Shown: positions 1-13,070, counted from the stretch's first letter. The stretch is DNA of 64,000 bases from Gnetum montanum (GCA_015680685.1 MNCI01000424.1:219813-283812); one strand, 5' to 3'. Translations and numbers: made by a program. Notes: generated from the sequence alone by a model not told the origin.

Positions 1-35
1 GCGATATCGCGGCTTGTGCAATCTGCGTCTCATCA
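1..35 (-). repeat. Left terminus (TGATGAG...) of a Ty3/gypsy LTR, truncated by the window edge
   Basis: Reverse complement TGATGAGACGCAGATTGCACAAGCCGCGATATCGC matches the start of the TSD-bounded LTR at 57549 (TGATGGGACGCGATATTGCATGGGTTGCGATATCGC). Confidence 0.75.
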
Positions 36-1375
36 GATAGATAAATCACAATGCAGTTGATACCTTACCTTGATATAAAGCGCATTGGCTAAGTTGTGGT
101 TATGGCAGATACTGGGTTAGAGGTTTATTACTGGTGACTACTTGAGGTGTAGGGGTAAAACAAGTAGTAGAATGGAAAAATTTGTGACAGGGCCCCCATG
201 ACTAAGAGCGAACCTCCGGTAGCAATAAGATGGAAAAAATAGAAGGAACAAGAAAAATGGAAAAAATAACAACGACGACGCCAATAAAATGGATGTCATG
301 GATGGGGATGAAATGAGAAATTGTTGATTGCAAGAAATGTTTGAGGAAAAGAATTTAACAATTGCACCATAAAGGAATGTCAGTGGGTCCTCCCCAAAGC
401 AAGCTCATGCCTTTTATGCCCTGACAAACCCACACACTAAAGAGTCCGTAGGCTCTAGGAATGACACATGGAACAAGCGTTAAAAGCTTACCCACAAGAA
501 TTTACCAAGAAAAAATAATGCATCATCCAAAATATAGACTAACCATAAAACCAAAAATGAGGTGGAAAATGGGAAGAAAGATGGAGAGGAGAAGATGGAA
601 TGGAATCCCAAAAGTAAGGTTGTGTAAAGTCCCTTATGTATTTTATGGTTAAGGTGACTGAGTAGAACTCATTCCAAATCTGGACTCAAACCAACTACAT
701 CCAATGACCTCGCATCAATACACTTGATCAATCCATCCTTTTGAAGCAACAAGAATGCTTCCCCAAAGAGTCACCACCATTCCAAGGAGAGCAAGATGGA
801 GAAGCAGGAAGCGAGAAAGGGCCTTAGTTAGAGGAAACCTTTAGGCATGGGTAACATGTATTTCCAGTGCCATAACCAATGCTTATAGCCCCATATTTCT
901 TTATTATGTCTAAGGTGTGTGCTTTGAATTCCCACGTTGTTGTTTTTTTTTTTTTTTTGCGTGAGAACCATACCATGCAAAGAATTATTATTATTATTAT
1001 TATTTTCACTAAGCTTCCTGATAGTAGATCAATGTCGAAATGATAGAATACCCATGAAAAGCATCCAAGCACCCAAGAGAATAGCCAACACAAGTGCATC
1101 GAATCCCCTTGAAGTCACACCCTTTTCAACCATTAAGTCATTATTTGGTTTGAAGAATACAAAGCCACTAATTCATTAACAAGTTTATTTAGAAAAAGGG
1201 ACAGTACAGTTCCAAGTCAAGGGAGACCACAGAGTTGAATGGATGAATGGACGATGTGGACTCATTGCCTGTTTTATCAAAAGAACCATATCTTAGTATC
1301 AACATTGAAAATCAAATGCAAAAATCAAAAATTAGCAACCAACATCATTATAATACAATCCACCATCATGAGCAC

Positions 1376-2878
1376 TTACTGTAAGACAAAAAAGAGTAAT
1401 TCAAACAAAGAAATAGTAAAAATATGAATGATGGTGTAAGACAAAAAAGAAGTAAAATTGAAAAATGTGTAAAAAAAATGTGTAAAACAAAAATACAAAG
1501 GGAATTGAGGGCTTTGAATGGTTAGCGTTGGTGGCCATCTCCCCCACGATTGAGGTGGTAGGAGGCAATCTAAAGGTTGTCCACCAACAGAGGTAGCATT
1601 GGTACTGGCTATCCTAGGCTCATGAAAAGGTTTAGTTTGTTGGACGTTAACCAATAGTTTCTTATCCAGGCTCTCAGGTTTGTAAATCATCATGGCCCTT
1701 GAAGGAAAAGTTGCATGAATGACAGAAGGTCCTTCCCATAACGTTTGAAATTTGGTTTGTTGTGGCACATGTGTGGAATTCCAGTAGAGAACCTTATCTC
1801 CTAGTTGATATTTAAGTTTTCTAATCCTTAGGTCATGACATTGTTTATTGAAGACCTTGTGCAATTCGTTAGATGATAGGGTGGCTAATTGGTTCTCATC
1901 TAGCAAGTTAAGGATCATTAACCATTCTTTTTGTGCTAGATCATGGCCAAGGTTAAGATCACATGTCGTGGATAGTGTACGGAGTTCTACTTGAATGGAA
2001 AGCATTGTAAGTTTCGCATACACTAACTCATAGGGAGAGTAGCCTATAGGGAGTTTCCATGTGGAGCGGTATGCCCAAAGAGCATCATTCAATTTGGTGC
2101 TCCAATCTCACCTATACTTGTTAATAGTTCGTGTCAATATTTTTGTAATCTCCCTATTGGTGACTTTGGCTTGACCATTCGCTTGAGGGTGCTATGGTGT
2201 AGTCAGTTTGTGTTCAACCCCTAAGCATTGCATCAGCTTCCAAAAAGTTGCACCTATAAAATGTGTGCCATTGTCAAAAATAAGTGCACGAGGCATGCCA
2301 AACCTGTTTACGATTTGTTATTGAATAAATCGTGTAGCTGTAGATGATGTACAATCCTTAACAACAGCTGCTTCTACCCATTTTGTAAAGTAGTCAACAG
2401 TAACAACGATGTAGGATTTTCCATTGGACATTGGTGTAATAATCCCCATAAAATCAATTCCCCATATGTCAAAGGGTTCTAAAGGTTGAATTCATTGTTG
2501 CGAATCCTCCATTTAAGCAGTCATTCCCCCATCACGTTGACAGCACTTACAAGATTGGACAAAATGATGGGCATCCCGAAACAATGTAGGCCAATAATAT
2601 TATGCAAGCAGGATTTTAATGGCTATTCATCTCTTGACATAATGACCCCCATAAGGACCCTCATGAGCATCTTGGAGAACTCATAATTGATCTATATCAG
2701 GAACACACCATCGAACCAAGCCATCGGGACATACTTTATAAAGTTTCCCTTTGATTTCTATAAAATACTTGGCTTGGTGAAGAAACTGTTGTTTCTTTTT
2801 AGTGTCTAACTCTTGTGGTGTTTGTTGTGTAAGGAGATAGGTGAGAATGCTACTATACCAATTTGTCTCCATGGTCAA
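1376..2878 (-). pseudogene. Ty3/gypsy integrase (disrupted)
   Basis: [50 protein letters not shown] (GPY/F-like) motifs; split across frames. Confidence 0.93.
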
Positions 2879-4420
2879 TTAACTAGTTACTACACCTACA
2901 AAGAGGAGTTCATCAAGGAAATGATCAGAAATTGGATACTCATCCTCTTTGTTATCCCATCGCAATCGAGATAAATGATCAGCAACTACATTCTCGGTGC
3001 CTTTACGATCAATCATCGTAAGATTAAACTCCTGTAAGATTACAGGCCATCGTATAATGTGAGGGCTCACCGTTGGTTTATTCATTAGGAACTGTATTGC
3101 ACTATGATCCATTTGTACAAATACCTTATAACCCAATACATAGTACCTAAATTTTTCTAGTGCAAACACTACAACCATTAACTCTTTCTCTGTTGTAGTG
3201 TAGTTAAGTTATGCACTAGCAATACTCCTACTTACACAGTGGATGTAATAGGATCATTTTTGGCCATCTAACTATGTAAGTACGACTCCTAGATCATAGT
3301 TGGATGTGTTAGTCATTATGTGGAATGGTCTTGACCAGTCAGGAGCTTGTAGAATAGGTGTTTCCATGAGCTTCTATTTTAAAGTTTGGAAAGCTAGTTC
3401 GCATTCCCTTGTCCATTCGAAAGGTATGTCCTTTTTCGTTAGTTCAACCAATGGTTTTGCAACCTTTGAAAAGTTCTCAATAAAGCATCTGTAATATCCA
3501 GTGTGTTTAAGGAATGACCAAATATCTTTTATAGTTTTAGGTTACTAAGTAATTCCTTGGATAACTTTGATCTTTTCAGGGTCTACCTTTATCCCTGTTT
3601 GTGAGATCTTATCCCCTAGTACAACGCCTTCTTGGACCATTAAATGGATTTTTTGCCAGTTGAGCCTTAAGTTGGTTGCTACACATCATTTTAGTACCTG
3701 CTCTAACCGATCCAAGGCTTGATCAAAGTTCACTCTGTAGGTGGAGAAGTCGTCCATGAAGACCTCCACACCGTTTCCTATCTACTGCTGGAATATGCTT
3801 AGAACTAATTGTTGAAACGTTGTAGGGGCATTGCACAAGCCAAACGACATCTGTTTGTATGAAAATGTTCCCCAAGGACTGGTGAACGTAGTCTTGGCTT
3901 GGTCTTCTGGGGCTATTTGTATTTGGTTGTACCCACCATTCCCATCCAGAAAACCATAGTAGTGATGCCCTGTAATGGTGTTTAAGACTTGGTCTACGAA
4001 TGGCAACGGAAAGTGATCTTTGAATGTTGCCATATTCAGTAGCCTAAAATCTATGCACACCCTCCATTTACCTCCCTTTTTGGGAATAATAACTAAGGAA
4101 CTAACCCATTCACTATTAACAATGGGGTATATGAACCCAACTTTTAAAAGCTATTCAATTTCTTCCTTAACCACTTGCTTAATCTTTGGGTTAAGTCGCC
4201 TCTACAGTTGTCTTCGAGGCTTCATGGAGGGGTCGATGTAAATTCTATGTTGGCATATCCTAGGATCTATTCCTGTTAATTCAGGATATGACCAAGCAAA
4301 GGCTTTCGACCATTTATTTATTACCTTGAGAAATCTCTCTTTTTGTTGAGGAGCGAGCTTAGCGTTAATAACTACTGATTTTCCATTCTTGAGAAACATG
4401 TATTCCATACCGATGGGCAA
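2879..4420 (-). pseudogene. Ty3/gypsy reverse transcriptase + RNase H (disrupted)
   Basis: MCIDFRLLN..TFKDHFPLPF, FGLCNAPTTFQ, VFMDDFS near 3750, ALEKFRYY..DHSAI, ENVVADHLSR. Confidence 0.95.
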
Positions 4421-4723
4421 TAGTTTTAACTCAAGGGGCTCCTACTTAAACTTATCAGGGATTTCCAACTTTTCCCAGTTGATATTTTCGATGTCAAGAT
4501 TTGGAAGTTGGTGATGGACTTACTCTAATGTGTCTATGCTATTGATGTAAGTGCAAGTCAAACCCTCAGTTGGTTCCATGCATATAGTTGAACTGCTCTC
4601 TTGATTAGCTATCAGTCACTGGGTGCCTTCTTGTCTTGTGGTTGCTGCATACAAGAATCTTTGTATATTAGTCACTTCTGCACACTAATTGCATGTAGGC
4701 AATGTTAAACATTGTACAAACCA

Positions 4724-5236
4724 TTACTTCTGCACAAAATTACACTCTGTGTCACTGTATGTGATGCATGGAACTTTCTTCTTCTCAATCTTTCCAAATG
4801 TATTTTCCTTGGATATTTTTATGGAAAGATCACGGATTCCTAGGCGTGTGTCAATTGTGCTTAGCCATGCCCTTCCCATTATGATTGGGAAGTCCCCCTT
4901 ACCGTTGTTGACCTGAATCACTAGCAAATCAGCTGGATACAACCATCCACAAATAGTGGTAACAATGTCCTCCACTAGTCCTAATGGGACAATGATGGAC
5001 TGGTTGGCCAGCTCTAAACGAATGTTACTCTTTTATAGTGGAGGCAAGTTCTAGGCTTTGTACATTTCTTGAGAAATTAAGTTGACACCAGACCCTAAAT
5101 CCAAAAGAGCTTTGCACGGCTCATTCCCAACGATCTGTAGATATATAAGAGGACTCCCAGGATCAAAGAATTTCCTAGGAAGATGGCCAGCTTTTATCCA
5201 ATCGGTGACAACATGAGTTAACATGGCTGTATGCAT
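4724..5236 (-). pseudogene. Retroviral-type aspartic protease (disrupted)
   Basis: KALLDLGSGVNLI catalytic motif and downstream PIIMGRAWL motif typical of Athila/Tat proteases. Confidence 0.85.
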
Positions 5237-5864
5237 TGGGTGCAGTGTTTGGTCTGAAGGGAGTTTCGAAGTTTTGATTGGTAATGAGGCGTCTAAGGGG
5301 GTTAGCTGCTTGTGGTTGCAAGGACTTAGTTGGACTGGTGGTTCTAAAGAAAGGTCTTTTCTTTATGCGGTTGTCAGAACCAACAGTAGATTGAGAGTTA
5401 ACAGCCCTTGTAGTGTTACGTTGCTGTGGCTGTGCAGTGAGCTCACCATGCATAGTTGGAGTAGGTGGTAATGGAGTTATGGGTGGAAGAGATGTGACCG
5501 GATGAGAAGGATGGTATGTTTGTAGAACATCACTTCTAGGAGAAGAAGTTCTATAATACTCACGGGCTTGGTAGTGAGGTTGAGGAGTGACGTGACCAGT
5601 AGAGTCACGTGGAGAGATTAGCTACTGCACGTAATATCCATATGGGTCAAGTTGACGGTAAGGATACTGTTGTCGTGGTGTTGGCATTCCCCATGATTGT
5701 GGGTGCTGCCACTATTGATAGTACTCAGTTGGTTGTGATGGAGTTCCACTTAGATAATATGTTAAGGGTTAGTGGAACTATCTTGGGTTACCTTGAGGAT
5801 AAGGTAACCTTCGAGGTGTTTGCCTTTTGTTTAATTGTGGGTTGAGTACATACACCCCAGACTC

Positions 5865-7274
5865 CTACAGATGTGAGATTATAGGGCAACATCCCTTAGG
5901 ATGGTCATATTGGCATATCTTGCATCGACTATCATTGTCTATATCCAAATCCACAACCTCTTCGATGATGGAAACTTTGTCCTTACCCCTGTTACATGCA
6001 TACTTAGCTTCTCTCTTTTTTCTCTTTTCATGATCACTACCTTGCTTTCTAGAATCCTTTACTATTTTAACAATGGTTTGAAATCTATTATTTAGGGAGT
6101 CCCACATTTGGTCTACCTTTGTCGATACTTCCAATGCCAATTTTTGGATAGGCAAAGTTTTCCTATTCACCATCTCTTTGAGTGGTGACTTTTCTTCATC
6201 CTCACAAAATCTTACTCCCTTCTTTCGAAGGGAAGGATCCCTGTTATATTCCTCCACGCTCTCTCCTTTCCTTAACTCACCTTCCTCTTTAGCAACTTGC
6301 TCCAATAATCTCTATACTTGATGGGCCCTAAGCTTGAATAGTCTTCCTTGGGCATAAGTCCCAAGGGTTCTTCGCATTTCATGCCTAAGCCCATCTACGA
6401 AATGGTGTAGTTGATCCCTCTACAAATAACCATGGCCAAGACAATGATGTAACAGTGCATAATATCGGCCCATGGTAGCATCCAAGAGTTCATGTTCTCC
6501 TTGTTTCCACCCTTGGATTTGCTTTCACAAGTTGGACACTTGGGAGTATGTTTGGTACATGTTGTTCAACAATTCTAACATGGTACTCCATCTATGAATG
6601 GATTCCAATTCTAAGGACCGGTACCAGCTCTCCGCTTCTTTGACTAGTGTCCATGGGAACAACTTTAGTTTTTGCCATTCATTTTCTATGTTTTATAAGG
6701 CACATACATCATGAAATGCTTGTAGATGATGTTGAGGATCAGCGTTGTATCCTCCTTCAAATCATGGGATATTATTCATGTCTAATCTCTTGATCCTACT
6801 ATCTTTTTGGTGCCTTGTTGGAACTTTAACAACCTCAGTTATGTCTAGCGTACTTTGAGTAGCGAGTAGGGGTTCATCGTGATCGTCTCGTCTGTGGCAT
6901 CTATGATGCCTATGTTGTTCCCTACTTTCCCTTCTTCTATGTTGTGATTCTCTAGAATGCCCTTGTCCCCTTTCCTGATTGTTTCGTCTATGACTCCCAG
7001 CTTGCCTACCTTTATCCTCATGGTCTTTTCCTCTATGACTGCGTTCGAATCCTGAAGGAGAGGGTGAAGGAGATGATGAAGGTAAAGGAGGAGACCCATC
7101 ACCATGGCGGTGCCTGCTACCTTCTCTTTGGTGGTCACAGCCTTGGTCGTGGTTACGATTAACATGTTTATCTTTATCATGCTTGTGTGTTCCTTTTTTG
7201 GATCCTGTGTGTCTGTTGGTATCAGAACCTAGGTTATGGATGGCTGAATGAAGGTTCTGATACACAACCGGCAT
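5865..7274 (-). pseudogene. Gag (disrupted) with His/Arg-rich N-terminus and C-terminal zinc knuckle
   Basis: P*FEG..DPQHHLQAFHDVC, KLFPWTLVKEAESWY core; CKICQYDHPKGC knuckle near 5900. Confidence 0.8.
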
Positions 7275-7282
7275 TCGCGCCA
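7268..7282 (-). promoter_or_regulatory. Primer-binding site, tRNA-Asp-like with mismatches
   Basis: TGGCGCGAATGCCGG lies 1 nt inside the LTR end (..CTCATCA); 12/15 match to the Asp-type PBS TGGCGCCGTTGCCGG. Confidence 0.65.
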
Positions 7283-7283
7283 A

Positions 7284-7588
7284 TGATGAGCGGTGAGGTA
7301 TCCCTATGCTCAACCATATGAATACGAGTGTACACGTACGATCCAGTTGAATTCCAAGGACAAAGTGCTTATGCGCTTTTGTGGAACAAGGATGGGTTAG
7401 TCAATCGTTGTCTTCCCAAGCTTACTTGTATAACACGATTGTATGGTTAAGTAAACTTGAGGTACATGATTTTTATAGTTTTTTATGTTTTTATGTCTTA
7501 GTGCTACAAAGGGAGGAGAGAGATAACTAAGTAACTAATCTAATTTAACTACTCAACTGTGCTTTAACTAGTCCTAACACCAGCATCC
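7284..7588 (-). repeat. 5' LTR (U5 part) of the gypsy element, runs into the gap
   Basis: Reverse complement aligns with 58135-58429 and ends in CTCATCA next to the PBS. Confidence 0.88.
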
Positions 7589-7835
7589 NNNNNNNNNNNN
7601 NNNNNNNNNNNNNNNNNNNNNNNNNNNNNNNNNNNNNNNNNNNNNNNNNNNNNNNNNNNNNNNNNNNNNNNNNNNNNNNNNNNNNNNNNNNNNNNNNNNN
7701 NNNNNNNNNNNNNNNNNNNNNNNNNNNNNNNNNNNNNNNNNNNNNNNNNNNNNNNNNNNNNNNNNNNNNNNNNNNNNNNNNNNNNNNNNNNNNNNNNNNN
7801 NNNNNNNNNNNNNNNNNNNNNNNNNNNNNNNNNNN
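7589..7835. other. Assembly gap (N run)
   Basis: Run of N. Confidence 1.
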
Positions 7836-8590
7836 TTGTGTTGTTTGGGGACTTGGACTTAATGATAAACTTTAGAAAGATATTGAAAGATTGTAAAAAA
7901 TTTTCTTCTCAATGAGTTAAAGGTGAAAATGCAAACATCTTCCTTAATATTATGATGTGAATGTGAATTATTACCTTCAAAAGTAGAAGTCGTGTGCCAA
8001 TTCATTACATACACTCATAGCTTGCATATCTTAAGGTGAGAAAAAAATTCTAAAGTAGTTTTTGAGTATTCATGAGACTGTGGTTGGTATTTTTTGGGGA
8101 TTCAATGGTTGAGGAAATGGAATATCTCTTAGGAGGACATGTAATAAAATCCTAAGCATATTCACCAATTAGTCAAGCAAAAGGGTTTAACAGAGATATG
8201 GTCTAATGTAGAAGGCAAAAAATAATTTTATTTACACCACATTAGATCTAATAAACTAGATGTAGAAGCTCACTATCTCTTAGCTGCTATTCCAATTAAG
8301 TATCAAAATGCTATCAACAAGCTTCACTTAAGTTCTCATCATCTTAGAATTGAAATTGGAAGATGGATTCAACTCCCTTGAGAAGAGCTTATTTTTAGGT
8401 CATGCAAATTAGGAGCCCTTGAAGATGAGTTACATGTGTTTCTTTCTTGTGTTGTAATTACCCATTTGAGATAGCATTATAATGTTACATCAAAAAACTT
8501 GTCTAATTTGTTTTTGATGCCCCCATTAGTGCTTAGTCAATTTGTAGAGTATATCCTTATTTTTCATGAAAATGTGATATTTGTCTAATA
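7836..8590 (+). mobile_element. Degenerate non-LTR retrotransposon 3' region, RTEX-like C-terminus
   Basis: Translation HYLLAAIPIKYQNAINKLHLSSHHLRIEIGRWIQLP*EELIFRSCKLGALEDELHVFLSC fits the RTEX-type SSHxLxIExGRW..C..EDExH..C signature; upstream IERL*KNFLLNELKVK. Confidence 0.65.
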
Positions 8591-8630
8591 GATCTTATAG
8601 GTCTTTTGATGTCTACTGCGAGTGGGTACC

Positions 8631-8769
8631 TTGAAATAATTATAATATAGGTATACCCCAAGATATATAATCCAATTAGAACTTTATAACTCAACATTGC
8701 CAACCATAATTGAACCCATAACTTGGAGCTTTAAAATCAAGAGTCTACCACTAGGCAAACACCTCATTG
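8631..8769 (-). mobile_element. tRNA-derived SINE copy
   Basis: Reverse complement has an A-box-like TGCCTAGTGG and a B-box-like GGTTCAATT; aligns along its length with 58973-59128. Confidence 0.65.
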
Positions 8770-8907
8770 TTGGGGTTGTTAAGGTGGATTAAAACCACAC
8801 AAAAACAAAAAAAACAAAAAATATCCCACAAACAATAAATCTTAATAGAGCCCAAGGGTTGTATAATATGAAATATTTGTTCATATACATGTATTGACTA
8901 TACATGT

Positions 8908-9048
8908 GGGGGTGGTGGTGGTGGTGTTGGAACCTTAAATAAGTGAAACAAAGGTACACCCAAAGATATATATAATCCAATTATAACTATATATGACTCA
9001 ACATTGCTGAAACCCATAACTTGTGTCTTACGACTAGGCACCTCATTT
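8908..9048 (-). mobile_element. Second, more degenerate SINE copy
   Basis: Shares ATATAATCCAATTA, CTCAACATTGC, AACCCATAACTT and ACTAGGCA/CACCTCATT blocks with 8631-8769. Confidence 0.55.
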
Positions 9049-9602
9049 TTTTTTAAAAAAAAATCATATTATAAAGGTATTAATAACGTTATTAATGTAT
9101 GAAGTCCAATTTTACTTCACTTAAGGCCAAATTTTTTCTTAAAAATATTAACACCAAAAGTCAAAAATACAAGGAAAAATTTCATAGATGAATTCATCGC
9201 TATACAAGGTAACTAAGACTTCAATCATCCTTGGAAAGGAAAAGGAAGAGAGTAAAAACAAAAGCAACATGGGGACTGGAACATGCTTAGGCGCTGAACA
9301 GTAGGGACAATACTTTGAAGGAGCCAGCAGCCAAGTACGAGAATCGGAAACCTCTGCGCTACCAAAGATCCCTGGGATTGTTTAAGGGAAAAAGAAACAA
9401 AAGGATTCCTGGGATCATTTTCACATATGAAGTTTAGAAGAGAAACTTTGATTTCGTACTCGGCGACAGGCGGGAAACGGAGCGAACAGAGCAGCAGATC
9501 GGGGAAATGGCAGAGGCATTCACCGACCTTATTTTTGCAGAGTTTTTTTTTTTGGTTGCCTTTTCTACGCTTACTTCGATTTTGTCGTCTATGCTTCAGA
9601 GT

Positions 9603-9701
9603 ATGAGTGCCTCCTGTCTACTGCTGGAGGAGAAGAACCAGATTCCTTCGCAAAATTTGCCTGCTTTTGACGACGTGACTTTGAAAAGACGCCTGCAAAA
9701 G
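9603..9701 (+). CDS. Coiled-coil (DFVWNQ-motif, cytomatrix-protein-like family) gene, coding exon 1; start may be the ATG at 9507
   Basis: ATG 9603 after a pyrimidine tract and CAG; phase-0 donor AAG|GTAAAT at 9702; CpG-retaining upstream region 9290-9510. Confidence 0.6.
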
Positions 9702-9817
9702 GTAAATTTAAGCGTCATATCGATGAACCTATGCAACAAAGAAAGCCATATGCTTCAGGATTTTAGGTGATGTTTTTAGATGTGGAAAGCCTCCTCCTTG
9801 ATGCATTGTCTTGGTAG

Positions 9818-9935
9818 AATTGGAACGATTGGATGAACACGGAAAGCGCCTTGACGCACGCGTATCTGGAGGCAAAGTCGAATTTCTTCCATGGCGTACA
9901 ACAATTCGATGCATTGCTGCTTCGGCTCAGACTAG
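9818..9935 (+). CDS. Coiled-coil gene exon 2 (NWNDWMNTESAL...LLRLRL)
   Basis: TAG acceptor at 9817, donor G|GTGTG at 9936; phases 0/1 match the flanking exons and give an open spliced frame. Confidence 0.6.
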
Positions 9936-12900
9936 GTGTGCATCTTTTTTCTCTAGCGATAATAGTCTGTGCATTGCTCAAAGATTCCTAGCTGAATTTT
10001 CCTCCGCATTGCTGACACATCCCGTTTTATTAAAAAGGATCATATATCGTGCAAAAAGAATATCCTTTTCCGTGTTGAATTAACGTTCAAGTAATGTTCT
10101 GACTGAAAATGCTAGCAATAGCAAGAGAAAAATTTACGTCACATTAATACCATACACAATATCACAGCTGCTATCATAGACATAATATAAGATGGAATAT
10201 TTATTTATATACATGTATTGAAAAGGCTGTAAGCTTCCATAATCTTTGTTGAACACATCGCTGGTATTTTATCTATGTTATTTCAGCAAATGATTACTGG
10301 TATCTCACCGAAATTGTATCGTATTGCATGTTGAGAAAGAGCAACATTTACAGTGTCCTGGGAAGCTGTAGTTGAAGTTTAACACAGTTTAAAAGCTTTG
10401 TCTATTGAATAGGCATAACACTACATCAACATTGAACGCTGTCATGGTTGCACAGCAGAATAAAGTCCTTCTAAACTTATTGGGTCTGCAATTTCAGCCT
10501 TTGAATCATCCTGGAAATTTGGTAACAACTGGACTACAAGTGAGAAGGTCACTTGTCATAAAAATTTGATCAAACCATGAGTCACGGGCAGCTTGTGGTA
10601 TCTTCAACATAGGTCATGGTGAGTCCATGGTCTTTGGACCATGGATTGTGGACCTGCAAAACAGTGACAAAATGACAATCCGCTTCACCACGATGCATAA
10701 CACCAATCGTGGTGAGACCATCAATTGTGGTCTAGTTGACGTAAATGTTCTGCCTCATGATACTCGGCCTATATTTCAAATGGACGACCATGAGTGAAAC
10801 ATAGGTTGTGGTCACTGGGAAATGCTATACCACAAGTCATAGTAAGGTCGTGGTATGAAAAACACAACTTGTGGTGGGGTCGTGGTATGAAGAATGCAAC
10901 TCATGGTGAGGTGTGGTCTGCAACTAAGCTGAAAAAACAAAATACAACAGTTTAGAATGAGAATATGATCTAGGATAGATCTGGCCCTAAGAAAGGTAGG
11001 GAAGCCATGGAATATGATATTTAGCTCCTTGAGAAAAGATGTGAAGCTTCAAACATAATAATTACATCAAATTCTTGAGGAATTTGGAACATTGTGCAAC
11101 ATAGTCAAAACAGATGAAAAACATGAGAAGCTTCAAATCTCTTTGAAATCTTAAGATGGGAACATGCATCCACCAATTTTCAAGCACCCAAGGCTTGCTA
11201 ATTTGCTCAATTCACCAAGGAATTGTAAGGAATTGAACTAAACGAGTTGGTTAAGCAAGAACCCCAAAAGACGACTTGCCCTTATGCAAGTTTTGTGTGA
11301 AATTAGAAATGAAAACAGAGATTATAGTTCAATTGTGAGTTGAACATCTCAAACACTTCAGGAAATTCATTCATTCTTGCATCAGCAAGCATAAACATTA
11401 AACAACATGAACATGAAAATAAACTTGAAATTAAATATGCAATTGACATGAAACTTGAGAGAAATGTTAGGGACTTAAATCGTGAGAGACCTGATTGAGA
11501 GAAATCTTAAATCCTTGAGAAATTTGTGAGATGATTGTGAGAATATGTGAGATAACCTATGAGAGAAATGGCTGTGAGAATCGGTTTCAGAGAACCATGT
11601 GAGATTCAACTTTTGAGAAAATTCATACTTGACAGAATGAGAGAAAAAGGGAAAAGGCTGTATTAGAAGATAGCTTGAGATATTATAAGAAATTAACAAA
11701 TTCCAAGAGATGTCATTTACGTGCAATTAAATGAAAAACAAAAATCAATTAAGAATAGACACTTCAGTTCAAATAGAAGGATGTGACTTCTCGATGAAGT
11801 TGAAAATCATTCATCTACCTAGAAAAAGAATCATGGAATGAAGTGGACAAGAAGTCCAAGATGGAAGAAGATGAGATGTGAAATTTCATAAGACAGAAGG
11901 TAAAACAAAAGAGTTTGTAATGGATGAAGACACATGGAAACAAGAGTGTGCACATGAAAAAGAAGTGGAAGATTCAAACTACAAGAACCAAGTCCAAGAG
12001 CAGGAGAAAACACTCATGGAGAGAGTGTGAGCGAAGTCGATCTTGGAATCATATTCAATGACTAAAATATGACTAAAACATCATCTTGTTAGTTATATGG
12101 ATGATGGAATAATCATTCATCAAAAAGGTGGATGAACAAAAACCATTCTGTAAAGGAACATGAAAGACAGAACTGAACCTACAACCAAGGATATAAACCA
12201 TGCAATGGAGAAAAGTCCAAGATGAAGAAAATTTAACCAAGACGTTGGTTGATGAAGATGCCAAAATTAAACCAGGTGCATAGATTATATAATTGTCCGT
12301 ACTATAGAAGGCCACCAGGAGAAGTGGCACGCTCATAATTGCAAGAGTTGAGAGAGTACAAGAGCTTCTTCAGAAAGAGAAGAAAAACTGTAGAAGATAG
12401 TAATAGGAACAGGAACCACAGAAAGATCACATAAGATTGTATGAAAGATGCAGTAGTGATAAAGCCCATGGAAGCATGGAAGAATAAAGGAATCTATTAG
12501 AAGAACAGAAAAAGTAATTCCAATTAAACGGAACAATTAATATTTATTTATATGTATAACAGATGAAATCACCATGTAAAACTTGTGAAAATGTTATCAT
12601 AATTATATTAATTATCTTGGTAGGGATAATTTTATTGCCTTGTAATCAAGTTGATGAAACTTAAATGAACTTCAACACAAAGACTTAACGGGCATACATG
12701 CACAATGGAAGGAAAAAAGAGCTTCTATTCACTTCAAGCTTTCACACTACAATGGCATTGAAAAGGGGGCCGTGGGGTTTTTTTTTTTTTTCTTTTTTTG
12801 TGGGGGTGGGGCGCTCTATGATACTTGAGTTGAAGGGAGAGCATGCGTTGAAAATGATATGCTCACACATGAAGGCTAATTAATCCTTTCTTTCTTCTTT

Positions 12901-12984
12901 TGTACATGTTCTCTTTCCTATGTTTTTGTTGCTAAACAAACTTCAACAAACATTACTTCTGACCACAAGAATTCATGACTTTAC

Positions 12985-13070
12985 CTTCTACTAACTTCTA
13001 ATGACTTCTAATGACTTCTAATGACTCTTACTTGTGTTTAATGACTTCTACCATGACTTCACATGACTCC
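12985..13070 (+). repeat. Short tandem repeat of ATGACTTCTA
   Basis: ACTTCTA ATGACTTCTA ATGACTTCTA ATGACT... with further degenerate units. Confidence 0.8.

Larger units (their letters stand above)
36..7588 (-). mobile_element. Decayed Ty3/gypsy LTR retrotransposon, Athila/Tat (non-chromovirus) type: LTR-PBS-gag-PR-RT-RH-IN-long 3' UTR
   Basis: Domain order on the - strand is gag, protease, RT, RNase H, integrase. There are multiple stops and frameshifts, and a ~1.3 kb non-coding 3' region homologous to 61534-63100. Confidence 0.95.

Noticed and set aside
9811-10083. ORF MVELERLDEHG... as exon 2
   Set aside because: Splice phases and junctions support a different frame (9818-9935).
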